Of a DNA stretch of 64,000 bases, positions 1 to 13,996 are shown one piece after another. The DNA is taken from positions 24,064,001-24,128,000 of the forward strand of contig CP068257.2 in the NCBI GenBank assembly GCA_009914755.4, read 5' to 3'. The DNA is from the human T2T-CHM13v2.0 reference genome, Homo sapiens. Every line of letters starts with the position of its first letter. The stretch's first letter is position 1. The translations under genes and the position numbers were made by a program. A model generated the notes under the pieces. It was not told the origin of the DNA. It worked only from the letters and a program-made list of their open reading frames with translations, and did not search any database.

Positions 1-27
1 AGGTGTGAGCTATTGTGCCCGGCCCTC
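1..27 (-). mobile_element. Alu (antisense; 3' portion cut by window edge)
   Basis: aggtgtgagc...cccggcc is the reverse complement of the Alu 5' head. Confidence 0.6.
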
Positions 28-277
28 TCCTAGCAAGTTTTAACAAACTCTGGAGAATATTGTTCATTTATTTTCTGCTATAGAAAATGTTCAGGATGAC
101 ATGCAGGTGGCTTATGAAACACCTTGGCAAACCTAGGGAGAAAAGGCAGAACTGCCTAGTTGCACATTCCAGGGAGCACCACAGAATATGCAAGAGGCAT
201 CCTTGGAGTGGTGCAGTGCAGCGAGACAGAGATATTCAATGTGAACGGATATTTATAGTATCTTTGCATGTTTTTAA

Positions 278-578
<301 letters not shown>

Positions 579-597
579 ACAAGATATTTTTAAGTTA

Positions 598-1137
<540 letters not shown>

Positions 1138-1392
1138 TCACACCTCCATTTGATAATGCAATAGGTTTGATGTAAATGGGTGGGATTTAAAAATGTTTTA
1201 TTCTCTTAATGCATTTCTTCACTCCCTCTTTAATATTATTGGAGAGCTCAGAAGCTGCAGCATTCTATCAGGGCCACTGGCAATAGTGTGTAAAATAAAA
1301 TTCTTAATTGAATTATAAATTTATAGCATATACAAGTTCTAGACCCATTGTTTTACAGCGAACATTAATTTCGGAATTTAGATTTTTAAAAC

Positions 1393-1690
1393 AATTTTTT
1401 TTTTTTGAGACAGGGTCTCACTCTGTCACCCATGCCTGGTGCAGTGGTGTGATCAAGGCTCACTGCAGCCTTGACTTTCCGGGCTCAAGCAGTCCTCCCA
1501 CCTCAGCCTTCTCAAGTAGCTGGGACTACAGGCACATACCACCACACCTGGCTAATTTTCTTTTATTTTTTGTGGAGACAGGTTCTTGCTCTGTTGTTCA
1601 GGCTGGTATTGAACTCCTGGGATCAAGGAATCTTCCCATCCCAACCTCCCAAAATGCTAGGATTACAGGTGTGAGCCACCACTCTTGGCC
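1393..1690 (-). mobile_element. Alu SINE (antisense)
   Basis: poly-T + gagacagggtctcactctgtcacc ... caggtgtgagccaccactcttggcc. Confidence 0.9.
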
Positions 1691-1828
1691 TTTAAAAATA
1701 TATTTTATGCCAAAAATAAACTTAAATATAAAATGTGTTCCTAATAATACCTACAACTAGGTATTATGTCTCATAAAATGTTTCCGTGGACATGGATTCA
1801 AAGAGATGCCCTATAATTAAGAATAACT

Positions 1829-2126
1829 GGGCTGGGTGTGGTGGCTCACACTTGCATTCCCAACACTTTGGGAGGCCGAGGCAGGAGGATCACTTGAGTC
1901 CAGGACTTCACGACCAGCCTGGGAAACATAGGGAGACCCTTTCTTTACAAAAAATAAAAAATAAGCCAGGCATCGTTGCACACACCTTTAGTTCCAGCTA
2001 CTCAGGAGGCTAAAGTAGGAGGATCGCTTGAGCGCAGAAGGTCGAGGCTGCAGTGAGTTGTAATCTCACCACTGCACTCCAAGCTGGATAACAGAGCAAG
2101 ACACTGACCAAACAAACAAACAAAAA
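1829..2126 (+). mobile_element. Alu SINE (sense)
   Basis: gggctgggtgtggtggctcacacttg ... (CAAA)n-rich tail. Confidence 0.9.
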
Positions 2127-2675
2127 GAGCGGCTCTGTCAATTAATACTTGTTCAGTGCTTCAATTTAGCCCACTTTAATGTAACTTTATGAATTGAATC
2201 CAGCTGTGGCCCCCTGCTGGTCATCAGTGAAAGTACAGACAAATAAGATAACTCTTCCAAAACTCTTGTCATCTTTATCTATAGCCTAAAATAATACTGG
2301 TCTGAGTTTTTTTAATGAGGAGTTAGTAAAAAAATTTTCCTAAAATATTGAATTAATTAAAAGTTGACTTGAATATTAGGAGTTCGTTACCTAAGAATGT
2401 TACTCTGATTTTTCATCTAGCAGAAAAATCTATCCAAGAGAAGCATATTCTTGAATATATGTTTAGGACAGAGGTTGGCAGACTACTATCTGTGGACCAA
2501 ATCTGCCCTCCCCGCCTATTTTTCTATGGCCTATGAACAAAAATGGCTTTACAGATGAACATTTACAATCTATTTGATGATAGGGCCCGCTGACTTTGAA
2601 CCCCAATTAAGAGAAATGTTATCTTCCCCAAAAGCATTCCATTTCTCTAACTAGTAGGCCTGTTTTTCAAGACTT

Positions 2676-2705
2676 TTATTATTATTGTTATTATTATTAT
2701 TATAT
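2676..2705. repeat. (ATT)n microsatellite, about 9 units with one GTT interruption
   Basis: ttattattattgttattattattattat. Confidence 0.8.
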
Positions 2706-2976
2706 TTTTATTTTATCCATAAAAATGTTTGGAAATTTGTTTGCTCTCTTGTTACTTAAGTACCTATATAGTATCCTCTTGGCCCCAAAGCCTAAAATGG
2801 TTGCTGTATGGCTCTTTACCAAAAAAGTTTGCCAACTCTTAATTTAGAAGGTATAAACGTCAGCAAGTGAAGATTAAAATTAATAAAAATAAATTAAACC
2901 CAAACTCATTTTTATATGAATCTGTATCATACCATAATAACCCTTGCATTAATGATATATACTTTTTCTTTTGTAG

Positions 2977-2992
2977 AAGAAACCTCCTTCCA
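2977..2992 (+). CDS. JAM2: JAM2 16-nt micro-exon (third-from-last coding exon), encoding (K)ETSFQ with split codons at both ends
   Basis: ttttgtag|AAGAAACCTCCTTCCA|gtaagt. Spliced to 5883 it gives ...KETSFQ-KSNSSSKATTMSEN-DFKHTKSFII* in one frame. Reading through the flanks does not give this peptide. Confidence 0.55.
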
Positions 2993-3140
2993 GTAAGTAT
3001 ACTTTCCTACAATGCATGTCTTTCTCCTATGTCAACTAATTTTCTATTAATCATCTGTTTAAAGTCAAAAGAGAGAAGTTGGGTTATTTGTGTAGGTTTA
3101 CTCTCACAAGAAGTTACTCAAGTTTATCAAGAAATACATC

Positions 3141-3555
3141 TGTATTAGGCTGTTCTTGCATTGCTGTAAGAAAATACCCGAGACTGGGTAGTTTATTGTA
3201 AAAAGAGGTTTAATTGGCTCACGGTTCTGCAAGCTGTACAATCCTGGCACCAACACTGCTTGGCTTTTGGGGAGGCCTCAGGAAGCTTTTTACTCATGGC
3301 TGAAGGCAAAGCGGGAGCAGGCACGTCACATGGCAAAAGCAGGAGCAAGGTTGGGGAGGTGCCACATACTTTTAAACAACCAGATTTCAAGAAAACTCAG
3401 TCACTATTCTGAGGACAGCATCAAGGGGGCGGTACTAAACCATTCATGAGAAATCCGCCCCCATGATTTAATCGGCTCCAACAAACCCCACCTCCAACAT
3501 TGGGGATTACAATTCAACATAAGATTTGGGCAAGGCAAATATCCAGACTCTATCA
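3141..3555 (-). mobile_element. MaLR solo LTR (THE1/MST-like), antisense
   Basis: Reverse complement of the LTR consensus TGATATGGTTTGG...CAGTCTCGGGTATTTCTTTA...ACA: window has tgtattaggctgttcttgcattgctgtaagaaaatacccgagactgggtagtttat ... ggggattacaattcaacataagatttggg ... tatca. Confidence 0.7.
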
Positions 3556-3577
3556 ACATCCCACTTCACACTTCATA

Positions 3578-3663
3578 CCTACTTGTAAATGGTAGTACAG
3601 AGAGAATGATGATTACCCAGCCTACTTGTAAATGGTAGTACAGAGAGAATGATGATTACCCAG
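3578..3663. repeat. Perfect 43-bp tandem duplication (x2)
   Basis: cctacttgtaaatggtagtacagagagaatgatgattacccag appears twice head-to-tail with 100% identity. Confidence 0.9.
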
Positions 3664-5882
3664 ACAAGAAATATGGTCACTAATTTGATTTCATAGGCAT
3701 TTGTATAAACTAACTTAAAAAAAATTTACTGTATTTTGCTAAATTGAAAATTTTCAAATAAAATTTTAGTTAACAGTCATTTTTTTATATTAATTGAATA
3801 CCAATTTTGTGCCTAACACTGTTCTAAGGAATGGGGATACAGCAGTGAACAAAACAGGCCAAAAACCCCACAAAACTCTGCCTTATGGAGCTTACATTCT
3901 AGTAGAGAAAGGCAGAAAATAAACAGGTAATACTATATAGTATATCAGATAGGGCCATTATGGAGAAAAATAAAACAAATAAGAGAATATACAATACAAA
4001 GGGTAGGAGTAGAGATTCTAATTTCAAATAGGGTGGTCAGAAAGGATCTCACTAAGTGATTTTTGAGAAAGGCCTGAAGAGGGTGAGGAAGCAAGTTGTG
4101 CAAATAACCATGAGAAGAGCGTTCAGGCAGAGGGGAGAGAGCAAATTGAAAGATCCTGAGGCCAGGCAAGCCTAGAATATCTGAGGGATGTCAGCGGGAC
4201 CAGGGTGGCTGGAACAGAATGAGAGAAACAGAGGAGATGAGCGTACAAAAGTAGCGGTGGGGGCAGATTGTAAGGAGTCCCTTTTAGGCAGTCGTGAGGA
4301 GTCTGGCTTTGGTCTGAGTAAGATAGAAAGTCACTGGAGGGCTTTAAGCAGAGGAGTGGTGTCATTTTAATTTTTCAAAACTCACACTGGCTTCTCTGTT
4401 AAGAATAAACTATGAGATGACAAAAGGTGGAAGCAGGGAGATCAGTTAGCAAACTACCACACTAAGTGAGGCAAGAGAAAATGGTGGCTGGTGCCAAAGC
4501 AGTGTTGGAGATGCTGAGAAGTGACAGTGTTTTGGATATAATGTTTTAATAACTTGCTGATCTGTTGGATGTGGGCTGTGAGAGAAGCAGAGAAATCGAA
4601 GATGGCTTCAAGGTTATGAGAAGGATGGAATTACCATTTACGGAAGTGTGGAAGATTTTAAGAGGAGAGAGTTTGGGAGTGGTGATGGGAATAAGTGGAG
4701 AGGTTGGAGTGTTTGGAATTTTAATATTTGATATGCTTATTTGATTCCAAGTAGAGGTTATCAGTAACTGAATATTCAAAATCTAGAGTTTGGGGAAATA
4801 ACTGGAAATGGAATTGTAGGAGTCATTGGTACATGAAATATGGGTGAGCTCCCCAACGCCCTGTAGTTTGTGTGTACTTGTTTTATGACTGTCCTTCTTG
4901 TATGTACAGATCTGGCAGACCTAACTTTGGCTCTATGGGCGTAGAGAGAAGATGGATGACAAACTATCTGAGGCTATGGCAGCTGGGAGTGGAGAAGATA
5001 TACTGAAGCCATGGCTTCAGACAGTTTGTCATCTCCTAATTCCTTTGAAGAATCATCTGCCATTGACTTCCTGTTCCCAGATTTCTGGCTCAATCCTGGT
5101 CTCTCAGTCTCGTAAGATCCTAATACAAGTCTAGGTTGAAGTTCAGATTATCAAGAATTAGCAGTAATAAAGCCAGTGAGTTCAGAAGGGCAGGGTAGCT
5201 GGAAAGTGTTGCTACTTCCCACCCCTAACCTCCAGGTGATTGTGAGGACTTCTGCTTTTATTGAGTGACACGAAAAGTAATTGGAAGGTTTTGAGCAGAG
5301 GGGAGACATCATCTTACGTAAGTGGGAAGGGTGACATAGCTGCAGTGAGGGAGGTTATTCTTCTATCAGTATCTCTAGCAAATCAAGTAGTAATCTGGTG
5401 GGGAATAACTTCATTCCTAGACATATGCCCTCACATTCATTAAATCTGTGGCCTTCAAAATATGTTCAATAACGAAATGGATGACTGGAACACTAGTCAC
5501 CATGTAAAACTTTTTCCACGGAAAAATAAATAAATTTTGAGATTATAATAGTCAAGCTTTCAAAATATTAAATGTTAATATATTAAATTAAAAGTTAGTA
5601 AGTCTCTGGTTTGTGTATTCCACAAAAATCTTTAGTATACTAGCCACAAGCTACATTTACGTGCACAAGGCTTCACACTGATGTTTTGTTGCATGACTTT
5701 CTCTGTGAATATTGTCTGTAAATATAAGAAATTCAGTAAGAATTGTCTTTTTTTCTACCTAAGATATATGTTCATGTTCTTGCTGAGAAAATGTATGGAA
5801 GTAAAATTAACTAAAAGAGCATATATGTTCCAGATTGGAAGTGATAATGTAGTAAATATTGTCTTTTATATTCCACAAACAG

Positions 5883-5925
5883 GAAGAGTAATTCTTCATC
5901 TAAAGCCACGACAATGAGTGAAAAT
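5883..5925 (+). CDS. JAM2: JAM2 penultimate coding exon (43 nt): (Q)KSNSSSKATTMSEN
   Basis: acaaacag|GAAGAGTAATTCTTCATCTAAAGCCACGACAATGAGTGAAAAT|gtgagt, in frame with the last exon. Confidence 0.75.
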
Positions 5926-6184
5926 GTGAGTATCTTTAAAGCATATTTATAGAATGAATATGTTTGGGGAATAGGGCAGGGAAATGAAGTAATTATATGG
6001 ACTTTGTGAATTTTCACTTTTAATACACTTTGCACCAGTGTCTATCACTGGTGTTTAAAAGGAGCTAAGTAGATGTTAGCTTCTGTACCCTGTCTAGGAT
6101 GGCATGATAAAGATACCTGGCATTTCCAATAGCAGAAGTGATCTTTAATCATATCATTATTTGTTTCATGGTATTTTCTATAAT

Positions 6185-6300
6185 TAGTCTGCCTTCTTAG
6201 TATCACTAGGTCTGGCATTATCAGCTCCCTTTGACAGATGAGTAAATTAAAACACAGGTTCTTACAGGGTAACAGTGGTGGAGCTGGGACCCAGGCTCTT
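6185..6300 (+). mobile_element. MIR SINE fragment
   Basis: ttgacagatgagtaaat ... aacagtggtggagctgggacccaggctc resembles the MIR core. Confidence 0.4.
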
Positions 6301-6397
6301 TTCTTCCCTGTAGCTTGACCAAGCAGAGTGGTTCCAGCAGAGCTGTGGTTCTAGGACTCACCTTTGGTTATGTGAAGCACTTGGAACATTTTAGGGC

Positions 6398-6765
6398 TAT
6401 GCAATGTCTTAGTCATTTGGGCTGCTATAACAAAAATACCATACACTGGGTAATTTACAAACAACAAATTTATTTTCAGTTTTGGAGGCCAGGAAGTCCA
6501 CAATCAAGGCACCAGTAGACTCAATGTCTAGTGAGAGCCTGTTCCTCATAGATGGAGACTTCCTGCTGTGTCCTCACATAGTAGCAGGGGCAAAACAAGC
6601 ACCCTCTGGCCTCTTTGGTACGGGCACTAGCTCCATTCATGAAGGTCCTGCCCTCATCACCTAATCACCTCCTAAAGGCCCCACCTCTTAATAGTATTGC
6701 ATTAGGGATTAGGTTTCAACATATGAATTTTGGGTGACACAAACATTCAGACCAGAGCACAGAAT
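6398..6765 (+). mobile_element. MaLR LTR (MLT1-like)
   Basis: ttagtcatttgggctgctataacaaaaatacc...ttttggaggccaggaagtccacaatcaaggcaccag...tcctcacatagtagcagggg...cctaatcacctcctaaaggccccacctcttaata...ggtttcaacatatgaattttgggtgacacaaacattcag. Confidence 0.55.
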
Positions 6766-7767
6766 ATCCTGTTATAATTGAAAGGAACATTTCAGAAATG
6801 TTTGAAAAGACGCAGTAATTACCTAACTCAGAGGTTTTAAGGAACATAATTTAGACACTTGGACCCTTTGTAAACACTACATTGATGCAGCAAATACCAT
6901 TGTTACTCAGATTTTGTAGCTCTTTGGATGGATATTCAGCCTTCTGGATGATTTTCTCAGGAATATAGTGGGTTGGGGCAGGGGGAGTTCCTATGGTTTT
7001 AGAGGCCTAAGTCGTTTCTTGAGAAACAAAGCATGGGTTCTCAGAAATGCTTTACTCATCTATGGCAGGAATTCTGTCAGATTTCTTCTCAGTAGAGTCT
7101 GGGGGGTGGGGTGGGGCGGGGGAGCCTGGACATCAGTATTTTAAATGCTTACCCACTTTTCTGTAAAAATTTGATTTTCAAAAACTGTTCCAGAAACTAT
7201 TACAGAATTCACCTTATTTTGTGGTTTACTACACTGAAAGCTTACTGATGTTTAATTAGGGGACAAGAAACTTTGTTCCCACCATTTTTGTGCCTACAAT
7301 TTATGGAAAGTCTTTGTTTCTGCAATTTACAGAAAGTACTCTTGGAGTGTGGAATCGAATACTCCCATCCCTCCAAACAGTATGAAGCACATTGTGGCTA
7401 AACTGAATGAACAAAAGCCATTTATTTTTTCTTTGCCTTCCTCTCAGTTGCCCTTATCAACTAACAGCTAGAGTCCCCTTCAGTTCTCTTGTGCCCTACC
7501 ACAGGGTTTCTCAACCTCAGCACTACTGATATTTTGGGCCACATCATTCTTTGGTGTAAGGTGCTGTCCTGTACATCATAGGATGTGTAGCCACAGGCCT
7601 GGCCTCCAACACCAGATGCCGGGGCATCCTCCTAACAGGATTTGTCTGCCTCTGCCTTCCAGTCCTACCTCTTTACTCTCTAGGCAAAGCTTCAGAGTAC
7701 CTTGTCTGCTAGGAGTTAGTTAGTTAATTCCCCATAAAACAAGTTTAATTAAATATATACTGGTTTT

Positions 7768-8114
<347 letters not shown>

Positions 8115-8182
8115 TCATAAGATTTATGTTTCTTTAAATATGAATTCATATATTTAAACCTGTTTTTTCTTTCTTTTCCTAG

Positions 8183-8215
8183 GATTTCAAGCACACAAAA
8201 TCCTTTATAATTTAA
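8183..8215 (+). CDS. JAM2: JAM2 last coding exon: DFKHTKSFII* (class II PDZ-binding C-terminus), stop TAA at 8213-8215
   Basis: ttttcctag|GATTTCAAGCACACAAAATCCTTTATAATTTAA. Confidence 0.8.
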   Translation, partial: DFKHTKSFII

Positions 8216-11125
8216 AGACTCCACTTTAGAGATACACCAAAGCCACCGTTGTTACACAAGTTATTAAACTATTATAAAACTCTGCTTTGTCCGACATTTG
8301 CAAAGAGGTACACGAGGAAATGGAATTGGTATTTCATTTTAATTTTCATGACTACTAACTCACCTGAACTTGCTATTTTAAACAAATAGTTCTGTCGACA
8401 CCTAAAATATAATCTGGCTTCTTGTGTCTGGACTAAGTTAAAAGAATTAAAATACTTTGTAATGTCCTGGGCTTTGGGAAATGTTAACCACGTCCTAACT
8501 TCTAGAGAACGTTACTAAAATATAACATACTGATTGTGAAGTCAATCCACAGGTCATGAAAATATAAATCAGACTCTGCACGAGAGTCTGATTTAGGGGG
8601 TCCAACAAATACTCTGACAGATGCAAAAGGAACCTCTGGTCTCATTTCTGCCAGAATCCTCTTTTCTCCCCTAATATCATCCTTATTCTGATGCTCGTTC
8701 ATCACTAACACACCCACAGAAAGGAGGAAGCGGGATGGGTCTTATGCCCAAGGATTTGCACTTTGTGTTTACTTCCATTCCTGGGAACTAAAAGCAACAT
8801 CAAAAGAAATGCCTAATGGCTGGAGCCCACAGGTGTGCACCACAGGATTTGCCTGGTGTGTGTCACTGATTTCTTCATTAAACGTAATTTAGATGGTCAA
8901 ACACAAACCCAAGTGGCTTATTTCACCCCTACTGCTGCTTGCCACTGCTTCCTTCTTGTAAGATTTCTTTGAAGAGGATCAGTGACTTTGACATCAGAAC
9001 TCACCACTGGAGCCTACACAAGTTTGCAGATACCTTTCCCTGCAGGAGTGGTGACTTCACATCTTTCTGTCTCTAAAAATTGTGCAGTGACATTCCGGGC
9101 CAAGTCCCTTAGTCAGGGGTTGACAATTCTGCTTTTGGACAAGGAGGGATGTGGAGGGAAGAAGTAATAGTCTACCAGGAAAATGAGACGAAAAAGCTCA
9201 GTATGACTCCCTGCATCTGGTACCCCTCTTGAAACACAGTGGGCACATGAGCAATGGCTCAAACGAAAAGTGGATCTAATGTGGGTTTCTCAACCGATGA
9301 ACCACAAAAGCTTCCAGCTACTATTACAATGTGAAAATTCCAATGATCCGTTTACCAGAGCAATTAGACTATGTTAAAAATTCATATCATTTGTAACTTC
9401 TTTTAATTACTGAATTGATATTAAAAACAAAATATGGCTAGGGCATGTCCTATTCTTCTGGGCAAATGTGGATGAAAAGGTCACTTGCTACCTTTGACAA
9501 CTATGAACATGATGGTTAATCTTCTTTCTTTTTTTTTTTTTTTTTTTTGAGACGGAGTCTCACTCTGTCGCCCAGGCTGGAGTACAGTGGCACAATCTTG
9601 GCTCACTGCAACCTCCGCCTCCCCTCCGCCTCCCAGATTCAAGCACTTCTCCTGCCTCAGCCTCCCAAGTAGCTGAGATTATAGGCGTGTACCACCACAC
9701 CTGGCTAATTTTTGTATTTTAGTAGAGAAGGGTTTCACCATGTTGGCCAGGCTGGTCTCAAACCTCTGACCTCAAATGATCCACCCCCATCAGCCTCCCA
9801 AAGTGCTGGGATTATAGGCATGAGCCACTGCACTGGGCAGGTTAATCTTCTTTCAAAAGAGTCTGCTCTTTCTACCCAATTGGCGAAGCAAATCCCCAGG
9901 ATTCACCGAACAAATGGATTAAGCACCCACTGAGTGCCTAGCATGTGCCTGGACACCAGGCCACCGGGAAGATGCTCCCCCTTTGACTTGTCTATGACAT
10001 GCTATGTCTCTCACCAGATCCCTTCCTGGAGGTCGGGCTTCTGTAACATGGCTCTGCCCCCAAAATAAAATTTTCACCGCGAGTCAGGGATCGGCAAACA
10101 TTTTCTGTAAAGAGCCAGAAAGTAGATATTTTAAGTCATAAGGTCCCTGTTAACAACTACTTGACTCTGCCATTGTAGCACAAAGGCAGCCACAGACAAA
10201 ACAAGCAAGTAGTCATGTCTGTGTTCCAATAAGACTTTATTTACAAAAACAGCAGGCACAGACAAGATTTGGCCCACAGGCATAGATTCCCAACTCATGG
10301 TGGTGAAGTACAGAAAAAAACACCTGTCTACAAGCTTTTGTAAGAAATCAGGCTAAATGTTACCTATGTTTTGGTTGGAAGATTTCTTTGGTTTGAGGAA
10401 TGCTTTCCTCTTGCATTGGCATGCCAAGAGGATAGATGACTCTGAAAGACGCCTCTTCAGACATACCTGTCATCACACAAGATCAACTTCTTCAGTTTAA
10501 ATGACACAAATCCATATTGTGGAAGGAAAATATGTAGTGCCTTAGCTTCACTAATAGTTGTAAAACTTCTTTTTAAGACATCAAAGGCTAGAGGATTCAT
10601 TTTATGCAGTGCGAACATCTAATAACACTCTCTGTGTCAAATATATATTGTACATTACCTTAAACTATTGTAATAGCTAGGTAAAAATCCTTGTATAAAA
10701 GAATGTTTTCCCCCACACAAAGGGCAGAGTATTGAGCACTAATTTCCTATTAAAAGTATATATATGTATCTGTGGGTCACTGGTGTCCAGACTTGTATTT
10801 GCATTTGTGTTTACTTGAGGAACTTGAACACTAACAACTGGTAAAATCCCATTGTAATTCTTACAGCATTTTGACTTTATTTTCCTGCAGTGAATTGTGT
10901 TGTGTAAAGATTAGGGCTTTAAAATCTTATTAGCAAGCTTTGTTTTGTTTTAATTATTGTTGCTGTTGTAACTAGATTTAATTTATTTTTAGTTGGAGGT
11001 TTGACCTAAGTCTGGACCAATTGATTGCTTTTCAATACAACTTTGCAAAGAACTTCCTTTTTCCACAGGTGGCTTTGTTCGATTAAAGTCTACACTAATA
11101 AAAATAGCTGAACTTGTTAAACTTT
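8216..11125 (+). other. JAM2: JAM2 3' UTR (putative extent) ending after AATAAA at about 11097-11102
   Basis: Continuous with the last coding exon. An AATAAA lies in ctacactaataaaaatagc. The extent is an inference. Confidence 0.4.
9527..9840 (-). mobile_element. Alu SINE (antisense) with 14-bp TSD, lying inside the putative JAM2 3' UTR
   Basis: poly-T + gagacggagtctcactctgtcgcc...; gttaatcttctttc on both flanks (9513-9526 and 9841-9854). Confidence 0.9.
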
Positions 11126-11399
11126 TTAGCCCCATATAACAGTGCAGGGAAAGAGTCATCCACCTATTGTTATTCATAAAACCCAGGAAACTACACCCTC
11201 TTACCTTCTGTAGCTACAAGGCTAGCTGCTGGTTAGCTGCTTAAGATTAGAATGTCATCATCTCTGGATGGCTGCCAACTTCTCAAATGCTGAGAAAAAT
11301 GCTCTGAAAATAAAAAGCAACAACTATTTATTGAACACTTTATATATGTCAGAGGTGGGGATGGATGGGGGTGAGGATGTAGAAAATCTCATTCATCTC

Positions 11400-11530
11400 A
11401 GCGATACTATAAAGTGGGTAATGTCATCATTTTGCAGATGAGGAAACAAGAGTTACTGACTTGTCAAGTTCATGGAGCTGAGGAGTGAGGAATCAGGGTC
11501 TGTGGGGACCCAGATCAGTCTGATCCAGGA
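11400..11530 (+). mobile_element. MIR SINE fragment
   Basis: ttttgcagatgaggaaacaagagttactgacttgtcaag...gagctgaggagtgaggaatcagggtctg. Confidence 0.4.
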
Positions 11531-11594
11531 TGTTTCACACACCATGTTTTTCTCTACCCCCAGGCTGACTTCCTTTTAAATTCTTTGCTGTTAT

Positions 11595-11872
11595 TGTTGA
11601 GATGGGGTTTTGCTCTGTCACCCAGGCTGGAGTTCAGTGCCGCGATCACGGCTTACTGCAGCTTTGACTTTCCAGGCTCAAGTGATTCCCCCAGCTCAGC
11701 CTCCCAAATAGGTGACACCACAGGTGTGTGCCATGCCCAGTTAATTATTTATTATATTTTTGTAGAAGGGGGGTCTTGCCACGTCGCCAGGCTGGTCTCA
11801 AACTCCTTGACTCAAGCGCTCCTCCCTCTTCGGCCTCCGAAACTGCTGGCATTACTATAGGCCTAAGCCCGG
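11595..11872 (-). mobile_element. Alu SINE (antisense, diverged)
   Basis: ttgagatggggttttgctctgtcacccaggctggagttcagtg ... ggcctaagcccggtcc. Confidence 0.85.
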
Positions 11873-11899
11873 TCCTTTTATTTATCTATTTATTTTTAA

Positions 11900-12196
<297 letters not shown>

Positions 12197-13996
12197 GAGC
12201 CCAGTCCTTTTAAATTCTTGTGCGCTTCTCTGTCACACTTTCCTTTCACCCCCAGTTATCTCTGGCCCCTCATCGCCTTCCTGGTCTCACTGCCAGACAA
12301 AATACCTTTTTGTCATGCCTTTCCCCTAACCCAGTCTAAATATCACAGTGGGCCATTTCATTCTCTTCCACTCTCCTCTCATTCTCCGAAGATGCCCAAA
12401 TCTCTAATATTATTTTGAAAAATATTGAGGCTAACCAGGATGAATGCATTTAAATCCTATCACCACCACTGCCCCCTCCTATCTCTAAATCTCTCCATCT
12501 TTAGCCTCCCATTTATTCACTGACTACATCATTCATTGTCTTATTTGATTCTTCAGTCACTACTTTCATCCTTTTATCTCAGGCTTTCAATAGCATCTCA
12601 ACGTTTATCTCCGGGAACTTCCACCCTCCAGTACCCTCTCAGTCACAACGTCAATCTCTCCAGTTCCAAAGGCTCCTTTTCCCTCTAATCTCTTCTTCCC
12701 CCCACCCCATCCATCAATTTGCCCCATTTCTCTCGAACCATGTCAACTCCCTTCTCCTTTCCCCTGGCTAAACCCTTTCACTCTTCCTTTACCTAGTCTA
12801 TCACAAAATCTAAACTCCTCAGCCTGGAATTCAAGGTTTCCCACCCATCACAGACATATCCCATCATATTGCCACAGCCTACGTATTCAGCTATATGTTC
12901 TACTAACTTCTTCGGTTGCCTCATGTACCCATTAAACTGAGCTATGGTCATTTTATCTTAACCCATTTCCCCCTCCTCTATACACTTACCTATAACACCC
13001 TATCCACCTGGAATGTTAATTCTCCTAACCACAAGACTTGTATATTCTATCTACTTATTAAGAGACAGGTCAAATTCCACCCCCTCTAGGACAGCCTTCT
13101 CTCATTTCCCCTGCTGGAAACTCTTTCTTCTCTGAATTTCCGTAACCCTTGATTCACTTACTGGTTTCTACCCCATAATAGGAATGAACATGTTTGACAC
13201 CCCTACCAATCTGGAAGCATTTTGAGAAAAGAACCATGTTTTACACAACTTTATAAGACCCAAAGAATTTAACAGCATCTAACGTGGTTGGTATTTAATG
13301 TGATAAATGAATTTTTAAAAATCAAAGGAACACTTGTCAAAGAGCAAATTTAGTATTTAACTATAAAATTTCCCCATAAATTTAGTTCAAATATTAATAA
13401 ATGATTGTATTCTGAAATATGTAATTATAATAGTTATCTAATATGTGAAGTTACAAAGTTGTTCCATGAATGAAGGCTGGATGGAAACTATTTTTCTCAT
13501 ACCAGTCTTTTAGCAATTAGACATGAATTTCCACACAGTTCTTAAGCTCTTCAAATATTTTTCCAACTTTCAAATTTTAAAATTTAATTTTTCATCTTTT
13601 GTTTTCTCTTTTTGGAACACTTTTAGTGTTAACAGTTGGTTAAGAAATTCAAGGTAAACTAAAAGCTTTCATTTGTGATACTTTCAATATTTGTTTACTT
13701 TTCAATATATGCTAAGTTTTTACTTGACCAGGTTTGAAAAAATGTACTAATTAAGACAAACTGGAGTGTAAAATGTCTTTTTACTTTCCACCAAGAAAAT
13801 GCTCTCAAAACAAGTTAAGTGTGTGTCAACAAAGGACCTGTTTACCTTCTTTGAGATTGAAAGCAGGCTGTTTCAAAGCTCCATTTCATGATCCTTTATT
13901 TTCAACTTCAAGTGTGCTATTTATAAAGTTTCTTAAAGATGGTATAAAAATAGAGATTTACCAAGAGCTATAGTTGGAGTCCTAAAGTTGCTTATG

